Counted from the stretch's first letter, positions 18,962 through 29,754 are shown. The stretch is 64,000 nt of DNA from Candidatus Heimdallarchaeota archaeon (GCA_046761065.1 JBHIFL010000004.1:15687-79686), one strand, 5' to 3'. Notes: generated by a model from the letters alone, not told the origin. Made by a program: numbers and translations.

Positions 18962-19630
18962 TTATTTAAATGTTTTAAAACTCCGTACTTCCCCCTCAGG
19001 ATGTGTTTGTGTCGTCAAGGGTTTCTTTCTTCTACTTGAACTATTAATCGGTTTTTCTGTCCTATCAAGTCCGAATCTTGTCACGATCTTTCCAACGAGG
19101 AGTTCAAAGGCTTTTTCCACATGTTCTCCTGTCTTTGCCGAAGTTTCCAAGTACTGTACTTGAAAACCATGCTGTTTTGTGCAGGCACTCTGTTCTTGTG
19201 CATATTGGTCTCCAAAACAAGGGTCAACCGTATTTTCCATGCTATTACGAAGATCTACCTTGTTTCCAATCAAGATCACTGGGATTATGCCAAAACCGGT
19301 GTTTTCCCAAATCTCATTCATCCATATCGATAAGTTTTCGCAACTTTTAGGATTGGTGATGTCAAAGAGGAGCATTGCACCACAAGCAGAGCGATAATAT
19401 ATTTTTCGAACAGATTTGAATGCCTCTTGCGATCCTAGATCCCAAATTTGGAGTTGACAGGTCCTATCATCATCCCTTAAGGAAAACTCTTTTAGAGCAA
19501 AATCTACCCCAATTGTTGGTTTATAGGTAGTGCGAAAGCTTTTTCCCATGAACTTTCTTCTAAGAGTTGTTTTTCCAACTTCCGGATCGCCACATAAAAC
19601 GATTTTCAATGATCCGGTCGGTTGTTTCAT
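18962..19630 (-). CDS. Rab-like small GTPase
   Basis: GDPEVGKT, PTIGVDF, WDLGSQ, GNKVD, ETSAK. Confidence 0.95.
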   Translation of the reverse strand: MKQPTGSLKIVLCGDPEVGKTTLRRKFMGKSFRTTYKPTIGVDFALKEFSLRDDDRTCQLQIWDLGSQEAFKSVRKIYYRSACGAMLLFDITNPKSCENLSIWMNEIWENTGFGIIPVILIGNKVDLRNSMENTVDPCFGDQYAQEQSACTKQHGFQVQYLETSAKTGEHVEKAFELLVGKIVTRFGLDRTEKPINSSSRRKKPLTTQTHPEGEVRSFKTFK

Positions 19631-19846
19631 TACCAGAAGCCCCCAACATACCGTTCCCTATCTCTTTATACTAATGACTTTCATTCTTCTTTAACATTTT
19701 TTAACAGTTAAAATGGGAGAGATATATTGGCTTTTGTTGCCATCTAGTAAAAATAATCGGTATATGTTAAGTCGGAGTATGACCTACTAGATTGAAGAAT
19801 CAACGATTATAGTAAGTATCTATTATACGTTCAAAGTCAAAAAATC

Positions 19847-19891
19847 CATTAAAGAGCATTAAGGCATTTATTTTGATTTAATGCTTTAATG
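19847..19891. promoter_or_regulatory. Imperfect inverted repeat in a divergent promoter region
   Basis: CATTAAAG(AG)CATTAA at 19847-19862 versus TTAATGCTTTAATG at 19878-19891. Confidence 0.4.
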
Positions 19892-20195
19892 TAGAATTTT
19901 GCTCATTTTGAAAGTAAAATGCTCTATATGATAACCCAAAAAGAAAGACAAAAATTCATCCTCCGCCCCACCTGTAGATATCCTTACAAAATGAAACAGA
20001 GATGATTGCCCATAACATCAATACCTCGGGATTATTGAAATATTTTCAAAATTAAGGGACATAATATAGAAGACGCCTAAATCAAAACACTTCTCGCTAT
20101 CTAATTGTTGAGTAATGAGAGGATTCGAAAAAACAATAATACGGTCTTAAGATGGAATAGCCTAAACACTAAAGCTGAAGGGGAAATGCTTAGCT

Positions 20196-20978
20196 ATGGT
20201 TGTATTTGATGGGTTAATTTTGACGATTCTCGAGGATTTTGGTCCAGCTCCAATTGTAAACCTCTCAAAAATGGACGAAGCTACAGCTACTCATCTAAGT
20301 ATCACTGGATTGACTATCGTGGGACTAGGAAGTACTCGGGTTTATCTTCGCCTGTTTGGGTCGATTCCCGTGCCGGATTTTCCAGACAGCGAAGCGATGC
20401 CCTTTATTTTTTCCGTCTCAGGAGAAGACTCTGCGGATGAACGAATCATACAACAAGGAAGGGATTGCGTCATCTTTTTGCTCTTCGCGTCTTCTAACAG
20501 GGCTTCTGTTTATGCGACACATCATGAGGTTGAGAAAATCCTTAATGAGCATGTAAAGAACTTTCAAACTAGGGAAGACCTTTCCCAAGCGGCTATGGAG
20601 GTAATCCTTGGCCAGATCAACCAGATTGAACCCCCTAGCATACAAGAACTGCCATTAGAAGAACAAGAAATCGCAATGGAGAGAAAAGCAGGTTTGGATT
20701 TCTATCAAGTTTTGCCAGATGGAGAACTCCAAGAAACTTCTCTTTCTGATGGACTAAAATCGCCCATCCTGATAATAGTAAATCACGTAAATCAGTTAAT
20801 TCTCAAATTAACCCTTTCAGAGGACATATCAGAACGGTACGATTATCTAGCCGCACGCGCAGCAAATCGGGTGAATGTCGAAAGGCTAAGGAATGCATAT
20901 CGAATTAGAGATATTGATGATCCTTTGGAAATCGACATGTTACTAGAAAAAATCAGAACAGGATTCAAAATAAGTTAA
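20196..20978 (+). CDS. Longin/uDENN-like domain plus putative gelsolin-like domain
   Basis: LILTILEDFGPAP...FIFSV...DER...RDCVIFLL. C-terminal FYQV..DGEL...ILIIVNH...R..YLAARAAN. Confidence 0.55.
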   Translation: MVVFDGLILTILEDFGPAPIVNLSKMDEATATHLSITGLTIVGLGSTRVYLRLFGSIPVPDFPDSEAMPFIFSVSGEDSADERIIQQGRDCVIFLLFASSNRASVYATHHEVEKILNEHVKNFQTREDLSQAAMEVILGQINQIEPPSIQELPLEEQEIAMERKAGLDFYQVLPDGELQETSLSDGLKSPILIIVNHVNQLILKLTLSEDISERYDYLAARAANRVNVERLRNAYRIRDIDDPLEIDMLLEKIRTGFKIS

Positions 20979-21262
20979 GTCCAATTGGATAGATCATGTC
21001 ATGGAAAAAGGATACCTGCAATTTTTTTGACAATGTGTTATCTTGAGTAAGGGACTTATGGCTGAGATTTTTTGAATATTGCGGCTTTTAGCCCTTATAA
21101 GCTAAAATTTGTCGTTGATATATTCAAACGCTTAAGCAAATAGAATCTGAACTTGTTTTCACAAATCTTATATGTATCCTCTTCGAGAAGGTAGGATTGA
21201 GGATGTACGCAAGCCAAGAAAATAGGATTGGAAATGCGATTTAGATCTTTGGGAGAATAATT

Positions 21263-22222
21263 ATGTCTGGTGTCGCGTTCGGGGAAAGCAAACGACATAC
21301 GGAGAAGATTCTATTAATGGGACTCGCTGAGAGTGGAAAATCGACCATTGTGAGCGTGGCTTTTGAAGGACATAGTCCACCTCCTAGAGACGCGCGGTAC
21401 GATGCCACTTTGGAATACATTCGTAAGAATATTGAAGTTAACGGTGAAAAACTAACCATATTTGATGTAGGAGGCCAACGCGCGTTTTTGGATCGCTTTA
21501 CTGGCGAATTAGCAGAATTCATTTTCAGTGAGGCAAGTGCTCTCATTTTTGTTGTCGATTTGACCAAACTAGAAGAACTTAGTCGAGCCAAATTTTACTT
21601 CGATAAATGCTTAAAGAACCTGGAGCAGTTCTCTCCAACTGCACAAGTATTCTTGTTTCTCCATAAAAAGGATCTAATTACGGATGAATTGGAGTTTTAT
21701 GAATATTCGATCAAGCCGGCTTTATTATCAGACGTGTCGGTGCCGGTTAATGTCCATTTTACCTCGGTTTATGATAACTCGATTTATGAGGCGACTGAAG
21801 CGGTGCTTGGTTCTGTCGATATAACGGCAGAGGAGTTGGAATCGATAATTGTCTCGTTTCGTGCTAAAACTAATGCAAAATCCGTCGAAGTGCTCTCATT
21901 GAAAGGCGAACCGGTTCCATTGACGCGTGTCGGTGAAGTGATCGAAAGTCTCAAAGTTTATGAGAACCTTGATTCTAATCTTATAGATGCGTTTACGGCT
22001 GATTCCTCTGATGAAGAGCCAAAAAAATTGACGGGTGCCGTTTTAGAAACGAATGATGATATGAAAGTGTGGAGACGAATAGGGACCGACTTGCTTCTAA
22101 CAGTTACTTTCTCAAAAAGTGACCTTCTGGAAATCTACCCCTCGGTATTATCTCTGACTAGTCGACTTGGATCCGCGAAGAAACCCAGAAAACAGATGAC
22201 TGAAGAAGATCAGGCCAAATAG
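21263..22222 (+). CDS. Rag/Gtr1-like GTPase with C-terminal roadblock-like domain
   Basis: KILLMGLAESGKST, ATLEY, DVGGQ..F, ALIFVVD, LHKKDL, TSVYD. Confidence 0.9.
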   Translation: MSGVAFGESKRHTEKILLMGLAESGKSTIVSVAFEGHSPPPRDARYDATLEYIRKNIEVNGEKLTIFDVGGQRAFLDRFTGELAEFIFSEASALIFVVDLTKLEELSRAKFYFDKCLKNLEQFSPTAQVFLFLHKKDLITDELEFYEYSIKPALLSDVSVPVNVHFTSVYDNSIYEATEAVLGSVDITAEELESIIVSFRAKTNAKSVEVLSLKGEPVPLTRVGEVIESLKVYENLDSNLIDAFTADSSDEEPKKLTGAVLETNDDMKVWRRIGTDLLLTVTFSKSDLLEIYPSVLSLTSRLGSAKKPRKQMTEEDQAK

Positions 22223-22279
22223 TTTTTGTTTTCCAAGGAGATACGGGCTAATTAGACAAATACAGCCCATATTCAGCTC

Positions 22280-25200
22280 TCATGCACCCTCGACATCGAC
22301 TATTACTTGCCCGCCTTCCCCAACTATTGCTTCTTCTCCGTAGAGTTCCTGATAGGCAGCAATAATCCGCGTCACTAAGCTCCGTAAGCCATCCATCTGA
22401 GCGGAAATATTCTCTCTTGGAACTTTCGTTTCGATTAATGAGCGGATCTGTCGTACCGAAGGAAGAATCTCTGGTGAAAAGATATTGGTGAGCTCACTAT
22501 ACACCGGATCGACCAGAAGGTTGATCGTCATATTTTCCTTCCCGCCCCGGGCTTCCGGATTGTCGATGGCAAATGCGTAGGATACGCACATCATCCGGGC
22601 CTCGCCCAACCTGAGATCAAAGATAGTCACTTTCTCCTCGGTTGTTTCTTCAACAAAACCGCCTGCGCTAAAGGAACGGTCGGAGAGATCGACTAAGAAT
22701 TGCATATGATCCTCCAGCAAAGATGGCGTGATAATACTTGGGACGGGACCCTCACGTTGATCGAAAAAGGAAAGTATGACCCCATAGGTATGATCATCGA
22801 GCCGGGCGATTACCTCATCGTCCGACATTTGATTTGCAATGGCCATCACGCGCTCTTTGTCTAACCCAACAACCTTGCGGAACTTCTTGATGGCAATACC
22901 TGTCGTGACGGCGGCAGCCGCAATTATTCCAAACAGATAGATGAGGGGAATCCCCTTTGTTGCAGTTATGTATGGTGTCTTCACCCACACATCCCAAGCC
23001 TCGGTGTTCGCATTTCCACCTAAATCCTTGGTCGCAATAGTCCACAGGATTGGACTTCCTGGCTCAACTTGCACTTTTGCCGAATAATGTGTGGTATTAA
23101 TCGACTGCATTGGTGCTTGCCGCCAAGTCGTACCTTCATCAACCGAGTAGATAAATTCAAGGCTATCGACTCCGGTCCCTTTTTCTGCCACTTCAGCCCA
23201 AATTGTTAGGTCCCCATCCCCAGGGTCGATAATTCCCGCATCAAGGACGCGCGGCGGTGCCCCATCCCCCACGATTTGCTCCGACGCTCCTCCTTCAACC
23301 TGGAGGTTCGCACCATCTGCTACGGTGATCGTATACGAGAACATTGTTTGATACCCGAGGTTCTCATCATGGATATAGTGCGTTCCATTAAAGCGCATTA
23401 CTCGTTCTATCTGCGAAATAGTGCCCAGGGAGGAGGTTGCGCTTGCACTCTTGCTTAGCGTGGACGACTCGCTGATGGAAATTGAGAGGCTGACATTTTC
23501 GATGCTTCCAAAGGGATCCTCAGCACTCACCCAGAATCGGACATGACCTTCCTCATCGGGTAGCAGGTTATACCCGAAGGAATTGATCTGTGGTGGCGTC
23601 TTGTCGGGCACTGCAAACTTATACGCAATCCCAATCCCTACGTTTGAGTTGTTTGCTTTGTCCTTTGCCTGTATGGAGAAGTCAATGACATCTCCCACCC
23701 TTAAGCCAGTAAATTCGTGGATATAATATGTCCCATTCCACGTCATTGGAATGGTCTGAGAGACTTCGTAATTTTTTTGGAATACTATGGAAACCGTATT
23801 TCTTTCCTCCGGGAAACCGCTCCCCAAGTTGCCATCCGTCACATTCGCCCAGAGGACTGCCGTCCCATTCTGGAATTCCTCACCTCCCGCACCCATAACA
23901 CGCGGGGGGACGATATCCTGAACTGTGTGTCCCGATTCGAATTGTGTATCTTTATTGCCCGCGGTATCCCGGACCGTGATCTCGAAATTGAAGGTGTTCT
24001 CGTACGGAAGCTCGGTGTCATAGTAGTAATAGGCTCCAACCCATAGCATTGCCCCTTCCTCTTGTTGGTCGCCCGTGATATTGATCATCAGTTTCCCTAT
24101 CGTCCCAAAAGGATCATCAGCATAGCACCAAAACCGGATGTGACCATCCGAATCAGGCAAGTAATCGTAACCAATCTGGTCGATTACGGGAGCCGTGTGG
24201 TCGCTTACCCCAGCCATTCTCCAGAAGCCCATCCCTTGGTTCCCTGCATTGTCTTGGGCGCGTACTTGGTAATTGATCACATCTCCAACGAACAAGCCGC
24301 CAACGGTGTAGTCATAGTTCGACCCGCCAACCGACACCATTTTTCTTGTCTGTTGGGCACCTCCCCCCACCCGATAGATGAAAACCACGGTGTCGGGATT
24401 AATCCCGCTCCCGCGTTGACCGTCGGTCACCTGCACCCGAAAAGTTACCGTCCCGTCTTGGTTATCCCATTGGGCCACGGTGACAAAATTCTGGCGTGGA
24501 GGGGCGACTTGATCGAGAACCGTGCCTGTGCGTGGTGAGGTTTGATTTGTTAGACCCGCCATATTTGAGGCCGTAATATTGTATGAAAACGAAGTACCAG
24601 AGTTTACGAGCAAATCATACTCGTAGAAAGTTCCATTGTAGGTCATTATCCCGCTAAATTGAGAAGGGCTGCCCTCAACGCGAACCTCTTTAATACTACC
24701 AATATCTTCAGTGACATCCGCCCAGAAGCAGATATGCCCATCTACATCTTTTATAAAATAGTATCCTGACGCATGGATCGTAGGGGGTGTCTCATCGCCT
24801 ACGCCATACATGTAGGATGGACTTATCCGGGAATTATATTCAATGTCCTCGACCTTGACCTGGTACGCAAGAATGTCACCTGCCAGAAGGTTCGCGAGTG
24901 TATAAGTATAAAAATCACTAGTTCCGTTCCATACCATTTGCTTATAGAAGGGACCAATACCATTCTTCCTATATGTGAGCAAAACACTGTCATTAGCTTC
25001 AGGGAATCCTGAGCCGATCCCATCGTTTGTTTTGGCCCAAATCGTGACGGTACCATTATGAAAATCTTGAATACCAGTATCAAGTTCCGGAGGAGCCTTA
25101 TCGGGCACATAAGTGGTCGGTCCTCCACCAAGAAGACTTGCGGAAAGGCCAGCATTATCGAAGGCAGTCACATTGTACGTAACAGCCATTCGAGTCGTAG

Positions 25201-28200
25201 GTTTAGTCTCCCAGTAGGCAATGTTGGTGTCATTTATGTAGAAGGTTCCATTATAGATCAATGAGTAGATATTAGAAGCACCTGAGGAAAGCGTAATGTT
25301 GATGGAAATGCGGCTGGTGTCCAAGCCACTGTAGCTATCACTAATATCAGCCCAAAAGCGCATGTGCCCGTTGACATCCGGCACTGCCTTAAATCCCACA
25401 GTAGTGATTACAGGGAATTGTAGATCTTCAGTAATCAAGCTATGTTGCACGTCCCACACATTTGCAAGGGTCGTATTCTTGTTACCACTTTCATCCCTCG
25501 CAAGAGCAATGGTATAATTTATAGCGTACGGTGACAGTGTTGTATTCCAATCGAAGAACTTGTCCCACACCCAAAACGTACCATTGTTCCACATCACCTC
25601 TGTTTGTGGAACCGGGTTTACAGTGGAATTATACTTGAAGTCGACTCTTGACACATTATAATTGTCAGTCACATCCGCCCAGAAGCGTACCGTCCCATTT
25701 CCATAGTATTCATGACTATAGGCGTTAATCACTGGAGGCACAGTGTCTTGCGGGTTGAAATACCCCGGATTATCCTGGTTATCTACAAAATTGCCTTTTC
25801 GATCTGTTGCATTGATGTAATAGTACAACCATTCATTTGACGCTAAAGAAACATTGTGAACCCAATGGGTGTTATTCCACGTCATTGGCTGTGGTGTTCC
25901 ATATGGAGGGTTCACTATGAAATAAGTTACAGTTACCCCAGCAGGGCTATCTTCAATCCCACTCCCATTGACCGAATCGCTTGCGGTGCTCCAAATGGTG
26001 GCAGTGCCCCCAGAATACGTCACACCAGAATCTCCCAGACTTGGAGCTACTTTGTCTAGCACAGGTTGATTAAATACGCTGTTCGAATCGGAAAGACCAG
26101 ATAGGTCAGAAACAGTGACTGTATAATTAAAGAGATTTTGTGTTTTTATACCTTCATCATCACCATTGTTGATGCCTCCCACCCAATAAGGCAGTTTTAC
26201 CTCAACGATAAAGTGTGTTCCATTAAAGGACATGGAGTAAATCCTCGGTCCAACGGGATCCGTTGCGGTGATATTGACGAAGCCGCTGGTAGGATCGATT
26301 CCGGGAAAAATATCCGTTGCATTGAACCAGAAGAGAAGAAGCCCATCCTCTGCTGGTAACGCCTTATAATTTTTGTCTTGAATGATTGGGGGAGCAATTA
26401 TACCCTCCAAATGCAAAGCCCAATGAAATGCGCGATCAAAAAGTGCCCATCCCTCTGTAGTTAGAGCACTACCATTTGGAGCTGGCCAAAATACACGCCG
26501 TTCAGGTGCCGTGTAAAGAGGAATGTAAGTCTTATTTCCTTTCTCAAGTGCGATCAGTTGCCCCTGAGACGAATTATTAACAGCGCGTGCTAAAAGGTCG
26601 ATTTCGCTTCCACTCGGCAGTGGGTCATAGTCTATCAGATAACTCATTGTTGCCGGTACGGAATAGATGCGGTTAATGCCGGATTGAAGGCTTGTAGTAA
26701 TGTTATGTGTAGTATTTACGATGTAGATCTCATCATCCTGTAATGTGCCATGGTTTGATCCTAAGTAGAGTTCATCGAACGTTCGTGATTCCCAACTGAG
26801 AATTGGAATCGGAGTCTCACGCAAACTGATAGTCCACGCATCCGAGGCCGTTATAGAAATCAAGACTCCATCATAACCTTCCAAATAAAATGGAGTGGTT
26901 GAAGTATCCTTGTTCTCCCGACCGTGATAATCCACCACATAGCCTAGGTCTTGCACGATATGGTTGTAAAAGGGGGCATTGCTGAACACCTCATCTGTAT
27001 TGGTTTGTTCGATTCCAACTGTATAAAAGGAATCCGGATCGATCTGGTTATTAAATTCGGTATTAAGCCACGCTTCACTTCTTGCCACATATGACAACCG
27101 CACTTCCTGCAACAGCCCATCAAACCCGCGGTCTGCCTGCGGAACATTTCCAATAGTCGGTTGGATACTGTAGTCATACAAGTCTGTTCCGCTGATCGTT
27201 TGAGTTAAATCCAGGGTTCCATTGCGGTAAATGCGTAGATTGTTTGAACCTCCTGCTGACCAGGTTAACGCATAATGAGTCCAAGTGTAAAACGTCCAAT
27301 CCGTCCCCCCACCCACCGCTTTCCTCTCAGCATTTGTCCGAAGACCACTTTTCACGTCATTATCTTTCCCTAATTTCCATACCATATCCGCTCCCCCACT
27401 TTCCCAAGCTTTTGCAAAGATGAAATCGTCTCCGCTATCGTGGGGGTTCATCCACACTTGAACGGTTATGTTGATCCAATCCTGATCGTTAATGTGATCC
27501 AGCCTAATCAGATCACCAGCCCAGTCATGAAAATTTTGGGCATACCCAAACAAGCCGCCCACTCGGGAGGGGGTTTGGAATGCGTCTCCATCTCCCTCTA
27601 CGCCACCACCGGTTCCATGATGCCGATGCCCCGAACTATCCGTGAACTCGTCATCCTGTCCGCTCCCCATTTCTTGCAGATGGAGGACTGCTTCATACCC
27701 ATTGCTCCAGACCCCGACCGGATTCGCTTGTGATTCTATATCGGGATTACCATATTTCATCGTAATGACGGTATCTGTCGTGTTTGAAAGGTCGCATTTG
27801 ACCCAAGCGATCAAGAGCGCCTCGGAAGGGCTATAACTTTGATCGAATAGGACTAGCTCATGATCTAACTGGTTATCCGCAGAATCAAAGAACGCGATAT
27901 CATCTCCATCACTCTGCACATCCGTTTTCAGATCGGTGTCATGCAGTCGAAGCAGGGTAGGAAAATCGGTCAGATCAGCAACGACTTGTGTATGATCAAT
28001 TGTGATGTCTTTAGAGTATGTATATGCCACTTGGAAATCAGGGTCTGTGGAGTCGTAAGTGACAAGCATGAGATGCGTGGCTAGAGGGGATTTGAGCTCA
28101 ACCGTTGGTTCCGGATTGACAAAGTTGCGAACGATGACATCGTCAAACCAGCCCTCACCATAGAGCGCGAGTTGTCCGGCAGCATCAAGGGCATAGACTG

Positions 28201-29245
28201 AATCGTCCAGATCAGATAGTTCCATCCGCAGGGTCATGTTATCGTCATAAATTCTTCCGCGAACCCAGACGTCATCCGTATTGACGGTTTGAGCGGCGAT
28301 TTCATAACAGTACCAATCACCAGCGGCATAGTTCATACCACTGGGAAATGCTGTCGTGCTGTTGAGTAGGTTTTCATTAGCATACTTTCTCCAGAGTTCG
28401 GTCTGATTCTCATTGTTGTTCATATTCAACCGATACGAAGATAATACTGATGGGTCGAATCGAATGACAACTCCCCGACGTCGGTCGCCCCCCTCCCACC
28501 TTATCCGCGCGCTTAGTGTCACATTTCCATAGGATCCCGTTTCTTTATAAAAATAGGCGTTGTTGGATCCTCGAAGGACATAGTTACCTGACCCGGTTGG
28601 GTATTCCTCGACCCACCAGCTTCCCGATTTTGCGATCCATCCCGCAGAATCGCCATCATCAAAATCGTCAAAAAACACGAAGACATGCGCCGGATTATGG
28701 GGGGGATCGGACACGCTAGGATTACCATAATAAATCCAGTAGTTTGCGTCGTAACTATTTGCAGCGATTGGGTTTTCCGTCTTGAACCAGATCAGGGTTT
28801 TATAGGTGTTGAAGGCTGTCGTGTTAACTCGGTTGAGTTCGACCCAAGATCCTGAGTCATTGTAAGCGATTCGTAGATCATCGCCATCCGCTTGTAGATC
28901 CCCTTGGTTAGTGAGATACCATGTATTAAGACTGAAACTCACCGAATAGCCCTGAGATAGTGCTTCATTCATGTTATTTGTAACATTAATCTGAATTCTT
29001 TTTTGATAATCGTAACTCCCAAGACTATATAGAGCCTTACTGCCTTTATGAGAGGCCTCCGGGGTGTATGTGATCCGTTCGGTCTCCGGGGAACTATTAA
29101 CTGGAGATACATCATCGATCTGAGAAGGGTCGTCCACTGGGGATTGTTTTTCAGCGGGTGTGGTTACTAATAAGAAGAAAATAAAGGTTAAGAACAACAA
29201 TCTACCTATTTTTAATTCAAGCGGCTTGCCACCCATGTTCTTCAT
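22280..29245 (-). CDS. Giant single-pass surface protein: DUF2341/LamG lectin domains, Ig-like repeats, TM helix, cytoplasmic longin/uDENN-like domain
   Basis: N-terminal signal peptide; two DGDD[LI]...W.K...YGN (DUF2341-like) units; LamG-like WTHYALTW/GLLQEVRLS; about 10-12 D..PP.I...[FI]WA repeats with NGT sequons; TM LIYLFGIIAAAAVTTGIAI-KKFRK; cytoplasmic SFFDQREGPVP...DNPEARGG. Confidence 0.88.
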   Translation of the reverse strand: MKNMGGKPLELKIGRLLFLTFIFFLLVTTPAEKQSPVDDPSQIDDVSPVNSSPETERITYTPEASHKGSKALYSLGSYDYQKRIQINVTNNMNEALSQGYSVSFSLNTWYLTNQGDLQADGDDLRIAYNDSGSWVELNRVNTTAFNTYKTLIWFKTENPIAANSYDANYWIYYGNPSVSDPPHNPAHVFVFFDDFDDGDSAGWIAKSGSWWVEEYPTGSGNYVLRGSNNAYFYKETGSYGNVTLSARIRWEGGDRRRGVVIRFDPSVLSSYRLNMNNNENQTELWRKYANENLLNSTTAFPSGMNYAAGDWYCYEIAAQTVNTDDVWVRGRIYDDNMTLRMELSDLDDSVYALDAAGQLALYGEGWFDDVIVRNFVNPEPTVELKSPLATHLMLVTYDSTDPDFQVAYTYSKDITIDHTQVVADLTDFPTLLRLHDTDLKTDVQSDGDDIAFFDSADNQLDHELVLFDQSYSPSEALLIAWVKCDLSNTTDTVITMKYGNPDIESQANPVGVWSNGYEAVLHLQEMGSGQDDEFTDSSGHRHHGTGGGVEGDGDAFQTPSRVGGLFGYAQNFHDWAGDLIRLDHINDQDWINITVQVWMNPHDSGDDFIFAKAWESGGADMVWKLGKDNDVKSGLRTNAERKAVGGGTDWTFYTWTHYALTWSAGGSNNLRIYRNGTLDLTQTISGTDLYDYSIQPTIGNVPQADRGFDGLLQEVRLSYVARSEAWLNTEFNNQIDPDSFYTVGIEQTNTDEVFSNAPFYNHIVQDLGYVVDYHGRENKDTSTTPFYLEGYDGVLISITASDAWTISLRETPIPILSWESRTFDELYLGSNHGTLQDDEIYIVNTTHNITTSLQSGINRIYSVPATMSYLIDYDPLPSGSEIDLLARAVNNSSQGQLIALEKGNKTYIPLYTAPERRVFWPAPNGSALTTEGWALFDRAFHWALHLEGIIAPPIIQDKNYKALPAEDGLLLFWFNATDIFPGIDPTSGFVNITATDPVGPRIYSMSFNGTHFIVEVKLPYWVGGINNGDDEGIKTQNLFNYTVTVSDLSGLSDSNSVFNQPVLDKVAPSLGDSGVTYSGGTATIWSTASDSVNGSGIEDSPAGVTVTYFIVNPPYGTPQPMTWNNTHWVHNVSLASNEWLYYYINATDRKGNFVDNQDNPGYFNPQDTVPPVINAYSHEYYGNGTVRFWADVTDNYNVSRVDFKYNSTVNPVPQTEVMWNNGTFWVWDKFFDWNTTLSPYAINYTIALARDESGNKNTTLANVWDVQHSLITEDLQFPVITTVGFKAVPDVNGHMRFWADISDSYSGLDTSRISINITLSSGASNIYSLIYNGTFYINDTNIAYWETKPTTRMAVTYNVTAFDNAGLSASLLGGGPTTYVPDKAPPELDTGIQDFHNGTVTIWAKTNDGIGSGFPEANDSVLLTYRKNGIGPFYKQMVWNGTSDFYTYTLANLLAGDILAYQVKVEDIEYNSRISPSYMYGVGDETPPTIHASGYYFIKDVDGHICFWADVTEDIGSIKEVRVEGSPSQFSGIMTYNGTFYEYDLLVNSGTSFSYNITASNMAGLTNQTSPRTGTVLDQVAPPRQNFVTVAQWDNQDGTVTFRVQVTDGQRGSGINPDTVVFIYRVGGGAQQTRKMVSVGGSNYDYTVGGLFVGDVINYQVRAQDNAGNQGMGFWRMAGVSDHTAPVIDQIGYDYLPDSDGHIRFWCYADDPFGTIGKLMINITGDQQEEGAMLWVGAYYYYDTELPYENTFNFEITVRDTAGNKDTQFESGHTVQDIVPPRVMGAGGEEFQNGTAVLWANVTDGNLGSGFPEERNTVSIVFQKNYEVSQTIPMTWNGTYYIHEFTGLRVGDVIDFSIQAKDKANNSNVGIGIAYKFAVPDKTPPQINSFGYNLLPDEEGHVRFWVSAEDPFGSIENVSLSISISESSTLSKSASATSSLGTISQIERVMRFNGTHYIHDENLGYQTMFSYTITVADGANLQVEGGASEQIVGDGAPPRVLDAGIIDPGDGDLTIWAEVAEKGTGVDSLEFIYSVDEGTTWRQAPMQSINTTHYSAKVQVEPGSPILWTIATKDLGGNANTEAWDVWVKTPYITATKGIPLIYLFGIIAAAAVTTGIAIKKFRKVVGLDKERVMAIANQMSDDEVIARLDDHTYGVILSFFDQREGPVPSIITPSLLEDHMQFLVDLSDRSFSAGGFVEETTEEKVTIFDLRLGEARMMCVSYAFAIDNPEARGGKENMTINLLVDPVYSELTNIFSPEILPSVRQIRSLIETKVPRENISAQMDGLRSLVTRIIAAYQELYGEEAIVGEGGQVIVDVEGA

Positions 29246-29754
29246 TTCATTCCCCTCATCCAGATATGCGCATCTACTGATCTGATGAGAATTTCAAATT
29301 CAGGTGATATTTATAGTAATGTAACGTCTTATGCGGTTACAGCATGAGATAACCTACCCTTATGCTTCAAGAGTGGGTATCACAGTGCCCTTTTAAAGTG
29401 AGACCCGAAGTGATTTTAAAACATTTATATTTTAAAATTTAACAGCCTCTATTCGAGAGCAGTTGAGTGAAAGACTTTAATCCGTAGACTGAGGAATTCA
29501 AACCAGAAGAAACTAAGGATTCGTATAACTTCTAGTGGATTCGACCTCTCCTTTTGCGGATAGATCCCTCTGGAACAGAATTCGCATTTGTTTTACAATT
29601 ATTCGATTATTTCGCCGAAGCATTAGGTCAATCATATCAAACTTCCGAAAAATAAAGAAGTAAAAAGGAAAGAATTACTTGCAACGCTTATTTGATTTCA
29701 GTTATATAGTATGTTCGGAGGGGGATATTTGGTCAATGTTTTGAGGATGGCACA

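Noticed and set aside
22815-28728. Many short ORFs overlapping the giant gene
   Set aside because: Shadow ORFs on alternative frames of a GC-richer long CDS; the same applies to other antisense ORFs in the track.
29320-29341. TGTAAC-N10-GTTACA palindrome upstream of the giant gene
   Set aside because: Only 6-bp arms and a single occurrence; not distinguishable from chance.
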